Shown: one piece after another, positions 53,661-62,721 of the stretch | How positions within the stretch are numbered: position 1 is the first letter of the stretch | Layout of the letters: each line of letters opens with the position of its first letter | Virus record (IMG/VR): IMGVR_UViG_3300022699_000232 | Location: 1-64,000 of that record | Source of the DNA: a virus | Strand: one strand, 5' to 3' | DNA: 64,000 nt | Position numbers and translations under genes: made by a program | The notes under the pieces: generated by a model | Told to the model about the DNA's origin: nothing | What the model saw: the letters and a program-made list of their open reading frames with translations, nothing else | The model's database searches: none

Positions 53661-54203
53661 GTGCCACCTCCTCAGTCGTCTATAGGACCGACGTTCGATC
53701 ACTTTACGACCAGTGGCGCACCTAGCTCTAGCGGTCCGATCTTCGATCACGTCGCAGAGGCAGCACCCACAACCTCACTCGGTGCGGTTGCAGATCGGTT
53801 CACCTCCGCAAACCCCAGCGATTCCGCCGGACCGATCTTCGATCACATAGCGGAAGGGATTCCGGGGGCCTCGTTCGGACCAGTAAGCGACGCCTTCTCG
53901 CTCATCGGAATTTCGGCTGTTGGGCCCGTGTTCGACCACGAAACCGAAGCCACGCTACCAGCAAATGACGTGCATGGACCCGTCATCGACTCTTTTGCCC
54001 AGAAGGGGGTGGATGCCGTCGGCCCTGTGTTCGATCATGTGGTGGCAACTATCTCACCTCTTACCGTCAGCGACCCTGAATCGCTCATCCCGGTCGACGT
54101 CGAGCGTAACCAGTTGGATCCTCAGGACGTAGAATACCTTAGCCCCGGCGTCTATTCTGGCGAGAAGGATCCTGAGGGGAACATCACAGGCAATAAGTTC
54201 TGA
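53661..54203 (+). CDS. repeat protein (GPxFDH-like x8) with C-terminal YLSPGVY motif
   Basis: Eight ~14-aa repeats; last 32 aa paralogous to the end of 52851-53615. Confidence 0.7.
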   Translation: MPPPQSSIGPTFDHFTTSGAPSSSGPIFDHVAEAAPTTSLGAVADRFTSANPSDSAGPIFDHIAEGIPGASFGPVSDAFSLIGISAVGPVFDHETEATLPANDVHGPVIDSFAQKGVDAVGPVFDHVVATISPLTVSDPESLIPVDVERNQLDPQDVEYLSPGVYSGEKDPEGNITGNKF

Positions 54204-54218
54204 GGATGTGGAGCAGCT

Positions 54219-55286
54219 ATGGCCTTTGTCTACCCTGACCGAGTCAAGGAGCAGTCGTCTACTACGGGTACCGGCGACCTTACCCTTGCTGGGGCCGTTC
54301 CGGGGTTCCGCACCTTCGATACAGGCGTGGCGGTTGGCAACCAGACCTACTACACCATCGTCTTGGACTCCAACAACACCTGGGAAGTGGGTATCGGCAC
54401 GCTCACAGGAAGTAACATCCTTCAGCGCACAACCGTCCTCGCTTCCTCGAACGCGAACCTCCTCGTCAACTTCGCTTCCGGAACGAAGATCGTCAGCGCT
54501 GTCGTTGCGTCTCAGTTCTTCGCTCAGACGCTTCTCACCTCAGCCCACGCTACGCTCAACCATTCCGGAATCCCCGGGGTCCCGGCTCCCGAGTCCTTCA
54601 CCTCCGCCAGTCATGATCTCGTCGACCACACGGCAGCACCCTTCAATCTCCTCGACGTAACGGCACACGAGTCGGTCAATCACCTCGCTCCGCCCTTCAA
54701 CTTGCTGGACGAGCCGACGCATGATCTGTTGGACCACACCGGTCTTCCGGGCGTAAGCAGCTTCGATTCGTCTGCTCACGCTACTACTAACCACACAGGT
54801 CTTCCGGGTGTTCCGCCTCCAGAGTCTTTCACCAATGCGGTCCACGCTGTCACAGACCACGCCAGTATCCCGGGCGTGTTCTCGCTTGCGACTCACGCGG
54901 CGACTAACCATGCCGGAATTCCGGGTGTTCCCGGGGCGCTCCAGTTCGCGACGCACACGTTCGGTCCGACCTCGTCCAACATCTCCTTCTCTGTCGGGTT
55001 CACACCCTTCATGCTGGTCGTGCTTTACGAGCTTTCCGACACAGGAGGCGGAGTCGGTGTTGCATTCGGAACCAATAGCGGAGATCAGTCGACTGGCACT
55101 CTGAACTTCGGCGCTACGTCATCCTGGGAGCATATCCCCGAACGTGTGATCTCGTCGTCCTCTCAGAATCCGGACAACGTCATCTATACGCTCTCCACGT
55201 TCGGCGGGGGCACGGTCACGCTTACGAGTTCCGGCGACACCTCGGCCGACACCGTGAGCGGCAGAGTTTTTGTTTTCGGTAACTAA
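54219..55286 (+). CDS. tail fibre protein (DRVKE N-terminus) with His repeats, copy 1
   Basis: MAFVYPDRVKEQSSTTGTGDLTLAGAVPGFRTF..WEVGIGT..VNFASGTK; seven H-x3-D/N-H repeats. Confidence 0.8.
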   Translation: MAFVYPDRVKEQSSTTGTGDLTLAGAVPGFRTFDTGVAVGNQTYYTIVLDSNNTWEVGIGTLTGSNILQRTTVLASSNANLLVNFASGTKIVSAVVASQFFAQTLLTSAHATLNHSGIPGVPAPESFTSASHDLVDHTAAPFNLLDVTAHESVNHLAPPFNLLDEPTHDLLDHTGLPGVSSFDSSAHATTNHTGLPGVPPPESFTNAVHAVTDHASIPGVFSLATHAATNHAGIPGVPGALQFATHTFGPTSSNISFSVGFTPFMLVVLYELSDTGGGVGVAFGTNSGDQSTGTLNFGATSSWEHIPERVISSSSQNPDNVIYTLSTFGGGTVTLTSSGDTSADTVSGRVFVFGN

Positions 55287-55300
55287 AGGAACCCGAGCAG

Positions 55301-57268
55301 ATGTCGATCAGCGAATTTTCGATCTCTGAGGGCTCCGTTTCTGAGACGGAGGCGGGTTCCGGTGTCCTTGCCGGACCGTCGCACCAGTTCGATGCGGTGA
55401 ATGTCAAGTTCCGCCACGGCGAGCGCTACATCTCGGATGCCGCAGACAAGAAGTTCTTGGGCATCCCAAGAGGTGTCTATCTCGGATTCGTACCCTCTTT
55501 CGGCACTAACGATGTGCTTACTCTCTCGCCAGATCCCATGTTTGGCGTCTCGTTCGCTCGCGTTACGTCACAGGACGACCCGCTCTACAGCGTGGATGTC
55601 TTCGTGCAGACAGACGTGATACTCGACTTTTCAAATCACAATGCGTTCCCTGTGAACGTCGTCTTGAAGACGCGAGGTGCTCTGGGCTTTCCTCACTCAG
55701 CCGAGATCGTGACTCAATCGGCGGCTCCTACTCAGCCGACCGAGATCTTGCTCGGCGTGGTCACGGCTCCTCAAACCATCAGCGTCGCGGAGCCGTTCAA
55801 CCGCGATACGCCCTATGCCTATTCAGGCGCACCGCTCGGTTATGGGTTCATGAAGAGTAATGCGGTCGATGAGCTTCTGGCCGCCATCGCCCTCAATGCC
55901 GAAATTGCCGACGCGCGCGTAGACCTGGCGGGGACGACTCAGGCATCCTTGGATGATCGTCTGGAGGCGGATGGTGATGCCTCTGCAATGGCGGATCGAC
56001 TGGGTAAGGAGACGCAATCCATCCTGGCGGGCGATTTCGTTCTCACCTCGCCGACCTCGGTCGTCAACATCAGCAGTGGGTTCGCTGCCTTCCATCGCAG
56101 CGCTGCCAGCCTAACACCTATCGAGGACTTCGAGGGATTCGCCTCCGAGACGCGTCCTGGTGCCGTGACGAGTGGCACTATCCCCTCTCCTTCACCAGCC
56201 GGTGCGATGACGGACAATGTTCGCAACGTCTGCGCGATCATCGATGCGACGACGCAAGCTCGAATTACCAGCGACGCGCGAGCGGTCGCGTTCGGACGTC
56301 TCAGTCTTGACGAGATCACACTATCTGGGACGGAGATCACGTTCACGAACTCCAGCACCACGGTTACCGGTGTCGGGACCCTCTTCACATCTGAGGTGGA
56401 AGAGGGGGACATCATCCAAGACCCTGTGGGGGGCGGGCTTTACGAGGTTGCTTCGACGCCCGTCAGCGATACGTCGCTTACGCTGTCTGACCCGTTTCCA
56501 GGAACGACGACTCCTCCGGCAACGGCGCCGACGCTACGACGTCGATTCGAGTTGAACGCGCGAACGCGCACTGGGCCCGACTCAGACACGCCCTTCACCC
56601 TTCCGGCAAGTACGATTCGCGTCTTTTTTACGGCTTGGCGCAAGATCGAGGAGAGTCAGTTCGACTATCTGCCTTTTCTTTCCCGCGGCTTCGAAGAGGA
56701 ACCGATTCCGACGGCTACGACCTCTCTCGAAGGCAAGGCGTTGCTGGCCTCCAACATCTCAGAGGGTCAAGCTGGATCTGTCTTTCAGGTGCAGCAACAA
56801 AGCGCGCAGGTCGGACCGAATCACATTCACACGATGGATTTCGATGGTGCTGTCCTCGGTGCGCCCGGCATCGCTGACATCACACAACGTGGCCCCATCG
56901 GAGCGCCTGGACCGCCCGGCTCTGGTGGAGTTCCGGGTCCGGCAGGTCCTACCGGATCTACAGGAGTCGGTTTCACGAACTTCGATTCAGCGAATCTCTT
57001 CCGTGAGAGCGGACTCTTCCAGCACGCAGTCTTGGGGAGCGGTGCTCAGTACAGCTTTTCCACAACAATGTCTGGGACGGAGGTCTTGTTCCTGACCGGC
57101 GGTAACTCTGAATGGTACTCACCTTTCGTATTCGACTCCGACGATCATTGGCAGATTGACGACATCACCATCGTAAGTGGATTGAACGTCCGGTTGGACG
57201 CACGCGTCCCGACCGGAAGCACTCCATCGGCTGAAGTACGTTTCTTTCTTAACGCGGCTACTAGGTAG
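55301..57268 (+). CDS. tail fibre/baseplate protein with collagen-like segment, paralog 1 of 3
   Basis: KKFLGIPRGVYLGF..ITFTNSSTTVTGVGTLF..GDIIQ; GPIGAPGPPGSGGVPGPAGPTGSTG. Confidence 0.78.
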   Translation: MSISEFSISEGSVSETEAGSGVLAGPSHQFDAVNVKFRHGERYISDAADKKFLGIPRGVYLGFVPSFGTNDVLTLSPDPMFGVSFARVTSQDDPLYSVDVFVQTDVILDFSNHNAFPVNVVLKTRGALGFPHSAEIVTQSAAPTQPTEILLGVVTAPQTISVAEPFNRDTPYAYSGAPLGYGFMKSNAVDELLAAIALNAEIADARVDLAGTTQASLDDRLEADGDASAMADRLGKETQSILAGDFVLTSPTSVVNISSGFAAFHRSAASLTPIEDFEGFASETRPGAVTSGTIPSPSPAGAMTDNVRNVCAIIDATTQARITSDARAVAFGRLSLDEITLSGTEITFTNSSTTVTGVGTLFTSEVEEGDIIQDPVGGGLYEVASTPVSDTSLTLSDPFPGTTTPPATAPTLRRRFELNARTRTGPDSDTPFTLPASTIRVFFTAWRKIEESQFDYLPFLSRGFEEEPIPTATTSLEGKALLASNISEGQAGSVFQVQQQSAQVGPNHIHTMDFDGAVLGAPGIADITQRGPIGAPGPPGSGGVPGPAGPTGSTGVGFTNFDSANLFRESGLFQHAVLGSGAQYSFSTTMSGTEVLFLTGGNSEWYSPFVFDSDDHWQIDDITIVSGLNVRLDARVPTGSTPSAEVRFFLNAATR

Positions 57269-57275
57269 GAGAGCG

Positions 57276-59141
57276 ATGGCCGTCTACCCACGCCAGGTTT
57301 TCACGCAGGAGAACGCTCTCGTTGGCTTCAACGAGGACTACAAGTCCTCTCCGCTCGGGAAGAAATTCGCCGGGCAGCCGAAGGGCGTATACGTGGGATT
57401 CGCCCCGACTACCGCTGGTTCTGTGCTGTCGCTGGAGACGGATACATCAGAGGGCTATTCGGTCGTAAAGGTCCCATCACAGGCTGATCCAAGCGGTCTC
57501 GATATCATCACAGATCAATCCATCGCGCTTGACTTCAGCAGTCAAACCATCGGCGATTTCCCGATGCAGGTACTTGCGCGAGCAAGCTACATGGCAGACG
57601 GTAGTGTTCCGACAACAGCGGAAATCTTCTCGCGCTCGGGCAGTGCCACGCCGGCCTTCGACGAGGTGCTCATCTGCGTCGTCGATGGTCCGCCTGGAGC
57701 CATCAGCGCACGATTCGACGCATCTCTAGGTGAGCGCGATGAGCCGTTGGCGTTCTCCGGCGTCAACTTCGGCTTCATGCCTGGCGGGTCAATCGAGGAT
57801 TTGCAGGCAGCGGCCGACATCGTCGACGAGGTCGTCGCCGCGAGGCAAGGGTTCGACGGGACCGACCATCCTGATCTAGATGCTCGTATCTCCGAAGACT
57901 ACAGCGCGGAGTCGATGGCGGGGCGTCTGTCGCCGCTTTTCAGAGCATTGCGCAGCAACGACTACGCGGTCTCCGCAGGCGATTCGAGTGTTGTCGTCTC
58001 CGGCTCGTTCACAGAGATCGACCGCGACTTCGGCCCGGAACTGACTCTGAGCGGGAACGGTGACGAGACGACCGTCGGCGCCGTTGCGGCGCCTAATGAT
58101 TCGATCCGAAACGTTGCCATCGTCGTCGATGCCGATACGGGATACCGCCCCGTAGATGATCCGACGGATCGCCGCATCGTCTTTGCGCGTATAGAGGGTC
58201 CGAACGAGACCGCCGTTGGTGGTACGTGGACATTCACTAACGCGCTCACGGATGTAAGCGGGGCTGATGGGCAAGCAACAACCGAAATGGAGGTTGGCGA
58301 TACTATCCTCGGCGCTGACGGCAAGTACTACGAGATCGAGACGATCATCGACAACAACAACATCGAGCTTCGTACGGCTTACCAGGGTCCGACTGCGACG
58401 GTGGATACGCAGACCATCCGCCGTTGGCAACTGCGTCTGAAGAAGATCAACGACCTCAACGTAGAAGTCGATGCTTCCTTCGCATCACAGGTTATCGTTC
58501 GATTCTTCTTCCCGGCATTCGTGTCGATGGAGCAAAGCAACTTCGACTGGAAGATGGCCATGCATACGGCAGGGGAGCGAGAGCCGTTGCCATCTGCATC
58601 TACGACTGTCCCAGGTGCCGTGAGGCTCGCTACCTCCGGCGCACGTCTCGGCGCCGTCAAAATCCAGAACGCTGGTGTACCTGTTGGCGGCGGACCCTTT
58701 CATACGATCAACTTCAGCGCTCCAAACGCCTCAGTTGTCACAGTTTCAGGGTCTCCTGGCGAGGTCGAAGTTGTTGAAATCGGTCCACAGGGTGCTACCG
58801 GCCCCCCGGGGGCAAGCGGTGGCCCAGGTCCGCCGGGGGGCCCGGGTCCTGGTTATAGCGCCCTAAACACGTTCGAACTCAGTAGTGAGTTCGCCGGCGT
58901 TAGTGGGTCGGCTATGATGTTCTCGTTTACTCGGGATATGGGACACAACATCCGGTACTTACACGGCAATGTCGCTAGATTCCGAGACTTCGGCTCTTTC
59001 GTTTCCACGCAAGACCCACTGGAAATTCTCGACGTCACCGCAGCTAGTGCGACGGAAGGGAAGATCGACGTCTCTCTCGGAACCTCCGGTTCCACAAACG
59101 ATCATGCCGCTACACTGTTTCTTAGCTCGGCAGGTGACTAG
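57276..59141 (+). CDS. tail fibre/baseplate protein with collagen-like segment, paralog 2 of 3
   Basis: KKFAGQPKGVYVGF..GDTILGADGKYYEI; GPQGATGPPGASGGPGPPGGPGPG. Confidence 0.78.
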   Translation: MAVYPRQVFTQENALVGFNEDYKSSPLGKKFAGQPKGVYVGFAPTTAGSVLSLETDTSEGYSVVKVPSQADPSGLDIITDQSIALDFSSQTIGDFPMQVLARASYMADGSVPTTAEIFSRSGSATPAFDEVLICVVDGPPGAISARFDASLGERDEPLAFSGVNFGFMPGGSIEDLQAAADIVDEVVAARQGFDGTDHPDLDARISEDYSAESMAGRLSPLFRALRSNDYAVSAGDSSVVVSGSFTEIDRDFGPELTLSGNGDETTVGAVAAPNDSIRNVAIVVDADTGYRPVDDPTDRRIVFARIEGPNETAVGGTWTFTNALTDVSGADGQATTEMEVGDTILGADGKYYEIETIIDNNNIELRTAYQGPTATVDTQTIRRWQLRLKKINDLNVEVDASFASQVIVRFFFPAFVSMEQSNFDWKMAMHTAGEREPLPSASTTVPGAVRLATSGARLGAVKIQNAGVPVGGGPFHTINFSAPNASVVTVSGSPGEVEVVEIGPQGATGPPGASGGPGPPGGPGPGYSALNTFELSSEFAGVSGSAMMFSFTRDMGHNIRYLHGNVARFRDFGSFVSTQDPLEILDVTAASATEGKIDVSLGTSGSTNDHAATLFLSSAGD

Positions 59142-59149
59142 GAGATCGG

Positions 59150-60193
59150 ATGGCCTTCGTATTCGCTGATCGCGTCAAGGAGACTTCCACTTCGGTGGGT
59201 CTTAGCAGCTTCACTCTCGATGGCGCTGCTGCCGGGTTCCGTACTTTTCAGGCTGGCGTTGGGAACGGCAATCAATGCTTCTACGCCATCGAAAACGACA
59301 GCGACAGTACTTGGGAGGTAGGCATCGGGACTGTGAGCGGGGCGTCCTTGGCGCGAGACTCCGTCATCAGTTCTTCAAATGGAAACCTCCCGGTCAACTT
59401 CGCCGCCGGAACGAAGCAGGTGTTTGCGACCGAGGCGTCGGACTTCTTCAACAACGCGCTTGATGAGACCGCCCACGATCTTCTCGATCACACAGGGCTT
59501 CCTGGTATTCCGGCACCGGAGAGTTTCACTTCTTCTGCTCACGCACTGACAGACCACACGGGACTTCCCGGGGTTCCGGTTGCTGAGACGTTTACGTCCT
59601 CAGTTCACGAGTCGGTCGATCACACGGCTTCCCCTTTCGATCTGCTCGATGTTCCGGCGCACTCCTCTCTAGATCACACAGGTATTCCAGGAGTTGGTGG
59701 CAGCGAGACCTACGATCAAGCCGTTCACGATGCTGACGATCACTCCGGTGTTACGGCGATCCAACCGCCGTCCCAAGCTGAGGCTGAAGCAGGAACGGCC
59801 ACGACAGCCCGTCTGTGGACTGCTTTGCGTGTTGCTCAGGCTATCGCCGCACAGACCGGACTTGAGGTCGTGGCCGACTTCTTCACCGCTGTCAACACGA
59901 TCAGCATCTCGACGGGGTTTGTTCCGAAGATTGCCGTCTTCGCGGGTCGCTACGTCGGCCTAACTGGGGCACCTACAATCGGGTTCGCGCTCGGTACGGG
60001 CGGTGGAAATCAGGGTTGTACGGTGTCTGGTGGGCTGGAGGGTGTTTCTGGGTTCGTTGCCGCCGATTCCGGCGGAGACGCTGTTGTGGATGAAGCTCAC
60101 GAAGTGACTACGTTCAACAACACCCAGGTGCAAGCGACTCAGACAACGGGTACTACCGCTTGGACTGGTATCGTATTCGTTCTCGGGGGCTAG
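59150..60193 (+). CDS. tail fibre protein (DRVKE N-terminus) with His repeats, copy 2
   Basis: MAFVFADRVKETSTS..WEVGIGT; five H-x3-D-H repeats; SQAEAEAGTAT..WTALRVAQAI fibre motif. Confidence 0.8.
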   Translation: MAFVFADRVKETSTSVGLSSFTLDGAAAGFRTFQAGVGNGNQCFYAIENDSDSTWEVGIGTVSGASLARDSVISSSNGNLPVNFAAGTKQVFATEASDFFNNALDETAHDLLDHTGLPGIPAPESFTSSAHALTDHTGLPGVPVAETFTSSVHESVDHTASPFDLLDVPAHSSLDHTGIPGVGGSETYDQAVHDADDHSGVTAIQPPSQAEAEAGTATTARLWTALRVAQAIAAQTGLEVVADFFTAVNTISISTGFVPKIAVFAGRYVGLTGAPTIGFALGTGGGNQGCTVSGGLEGVSGFVAADSGGDAVVDEAHEVTTFNNTQVQATQTTGTTAWTGIVFVLGG

Positions 60194-60196
60194 TCC

Positions 60197-62125
60197 GTGG
60201 CAGGCGTTTTTCCTACCGCTTCGACACCTACTGCATCGACGTCGTCGCTCACAGCGCCGCCGCCTGGTCCCGGTACCTTCCCTTCGATGACACTGTCGAA
60301 CGAGTTTGTGAAGGTGAGGTTCTTTGAGGAGAACGCTGCTGAGGCCATCAATCGTCGCTGGCTTGGAATGCCTCGTGGCGTCTATCTAGGGTTCAACCCA
60401 AGTGTCTCTGCTGGCTCCCCTGTGCTCACACTGAGTGTTGACGCGAGCCACAATTTCTCGCTACTCAGAGTGCCCTCTGGCGTCGAAGCAGCGATGGTCG
60501 ATATCTTCACAGCCTCGCCGATCACGCTAGATTTCACCGCCCACCAGGTATTTCCCGTCTACGTCCTCGCCACAGCCGATTACCGTGAGAACTCTCCTAC
60601 GCAAGGACGCATCTTCACTCGTGCTGCCGGGCCCACGTCGGAGACGGAGGTACTGATCTGCATGGTCGACAAGTCCGGGGACGACCTCGTTGTTTCATCA
60701 TTGTCTCCGACGACACGTCAGCCACCGGTCGCCTTCAACTCACAGCCTTACGGTTACATGCCGGCTGATTCCATTGACGACCTAGCAGCGACAAACGCTT
60801 CGGTTGCCGAGGTCATCGCCGCACGCAATTCCTCGTTCACCGGTCCGCACGCGAGCCTGGATGGTCGTATTGATGCTGACATCACGGGCGAAGCCATGGC
60901 CGACCGTCTTGGGCTACGGCTCGTTCATCTGATTTCTAATACCCATCTCCAGAGAACCGGCTCTTCGCCCAATGTTTCGGCTTCCTTCACAGAGACAGGT
61001 CGTGAGTTCGGACCCAACTTCACCATTGGAGCCGGCGGCAACGAGACTACAGAAGGTGCGGTAACCGATATCACTCGCGGGTTTTGCTTTGTGATCGATG
61101 CGCAGACGAAGAAGCGCATCGTCAGCGCTACGACCAAAGAGCCCGTATTCGGAACCCTTTCGTTCACCCAGACATCGCTTGGTGCGGGTAAGGAGATCCA
61201 GTTCACCAACGCTTCTACCGCCGTGAACGGTAACGGTACGAACCCGTTTGCTTCGCCGCTCCAAGAGGGAGATATCGTTCAAGGACCAGATGGACTCTTT
61301 TACGAGGTCGAGAGCTTCACGGATCCAGACAACGCTGTGCTGGGCGCTGCGTTCCAAGGAACCAGCGGTTCGATCACCAACTCACTCTTCAGGCGTTGGC
61401 TTCTGTTCCTTGCGACCGCGTCAGGCGGTGCCTTTTCCCTGTCATCTGCCACAGATATCCAGTTCGTCTTTCCATCGTTCTTCCGTACTGATAGAGCCAT
61501 CTTCGACGGCTACCTGCTAATCAAGCAGGATGGAGAGTCACCCTCGCTAGAGGTCGCAACTTCAACGGAAGCGGGTAAAGCACTTCTCGCTACACCTGGT
61601 GGATTAGTCGGATCAGTTCGAACCATCGAGGATTCGAATACTCCTATCGGAAACGACTTCCATACGCTCAACTTCATCTTCGGCGGCGCTACGAACGCCG
61701 GTAGTGGAGTGCTTAACGTTTCGGTTCCAGGGGCTACTGGTCCCGCAGGTACGCCATCGAATACCGGACCCCCTGGTGCAACTGGACCTGCTGGATTCGG
61801 TTACTCGGTCAACAACTCCTTTGAGGGTTCAGCAGAGACCGGAGACACATTCACCGCGGTGGGTCCTGTTACCCTCTCGTTTACAAACGACTGGACGTCT
61901 CCATCCTCTACACCGACGTTTGCATCCTTGTCGCCACGGTCTTACGCCCACGTAAGTGGTGGATGGGCTAAGATCAACGGATTCACGACTGCTGGGTTCG
62001 AGCGGATTCACATTGACGAGCTAACAGACGTCGACGCTGATCGAACTCGTATCACTATTCGGATCCAGCCGGATCCTAATACGAGCCTGACGACGTTGAA
62101 AGCGTTCATGGGGGCGTCCCAGTGA
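60197..62125 (+). CDS. tail fibre/baseplate protein with collagen-like segment, paralog 3 of 3
   Basis: RRWLGMPRGVYLGF..GDIVQGPDGLFYEV; GATGPAG..GPPGATGPAG. Confidence 0.78.
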   Translation: MAGVFPTASTPTASTSSLTAPPPGPGTFPSMTLSNEFVKVRFFEENAAEAINRRWLGMPRGVYLGFNPSVSAGSPVLTLSVDASHNFSLLRVPSGVEAAMVDIFTASPITLDFTAHQVFPVYVLATADYRENSPTQGRIFTRAAGPTSETEVLICMVDKSGDDLVVSSLSPTTRQPPVAFNSQPYGYMPADSIDDLAATNASVAEVIAARNSSFTGPHASLDGRIDADITGEAMADRLGLRLVHLISNTHLQRTGSSPNVSASFTETGREFGPNFTIGAGGNETTEGAVTDITRGFCFVIDAQTKKRIVSATTKEPVFGTLSFTQTSLGAGKEIQFTNASTAVNGNGTNPFASPLQEGDIVQGPDGLFYEVESFTDPDNAVLGAAFQGTSGSITNSLFRRWLLFLATASGGAFSLSSATDIQFVFPSFFRTDRAIFDGYLLIKQDGESPSLEVATSTEAGKALLATPGGLVGSVRTIEDSNTPIGNDFHTLNFIFGGATNAGSGVLNVSVPGATGPAGTPSNTGPPGATGPAGFGYSVNNSFEGSAETGDTFTAVGPVTLSFTNDWTSPSSTPTFASLSPRSYAHVSGGWAKINGFTTAGFERIHIDELTDVDADRTRITIRIQPDPNTSLTTLKAFMGASQ

Positions 62126-62721
62126 GGCATTATTTCGGCTACGACACCAACGGAGTGCTGCGGTCTGTTGAGGTCTACGGCCCCGCAGGTTGGCCTTCGT
62201 CCCACTGCGTGGAAGACCCTGACTGTCAGGAAGATGCTGTCACGAGTCTTCGTGAGGGCCGGGCCAACAACGCACCAGACGTAATCGACTGGGTCCTTTT
62301 CGATTGTTCGTGCGATCCAGCACAAGGCGCGTTGCTCAAGGATTGCGTCTGCTACAACGCGGAATTTGCCGAGAGCTACGTCAACACGCAGACCAAGACG
62401 CTCGTCAAGAAGCCTCTCCGAACTGTCCAACTCGACAATAAGACCATCTCAAACAACGAGACAATCACTCATCCTCCCGGGACGAAGGTTGTTCTCAAGA
62501 TCATCTCAACGGGAATGCCGGACGGGGAGACGGCTCACTGCACCCAGAAGGGTGCTGTGGATCTAACGCTCGATGATGAGTGGGATCTCACCTTCGAGGG
62601 TGGGGTTACGGACGCGAAGACTCTCACAGCCCCGGCCCAGGGTACGAAGGGTGTTGTAGCTATCAGCGGAAAGATGATGCGCCCCATCACGTTCTGCCTG
62701 CGCGGCTTCGAGGACGAGTGA
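62122..62721 (+). CDS. Cys-rich hypothetical protein (possible fibre assembly factor)
   Basis: GTGA overlap with the preceding gene; 199 aa. Confidence 0.65.
   Translation: MRHYFGYDTNGVLRSVEVYGPAGWPSSHCVEDPDCQEDAVTSLREGRANNAPDVIDWVLFDCSCDPAQGALLKDCVCYNAEFAESYVNTQTKTLVKKPLRTVQLDNKTISNNETITHPPGTKVVLKIISTGMPDGETAHCTQKGAVDLTLDDEWDLTFEGGVTDAKTLTAPAQGTKGVVAISGKMMRPITFCLRGFEDE

Noticed and set aside
5836-62721. Genome-wide TGA-to-Trp/Gly recoding
   Set aside because: TGA ends several genes cleanly, including both LSPGVY paralogs at the same position and the GTGA/TGATG overlaps; only one internal TGA was found
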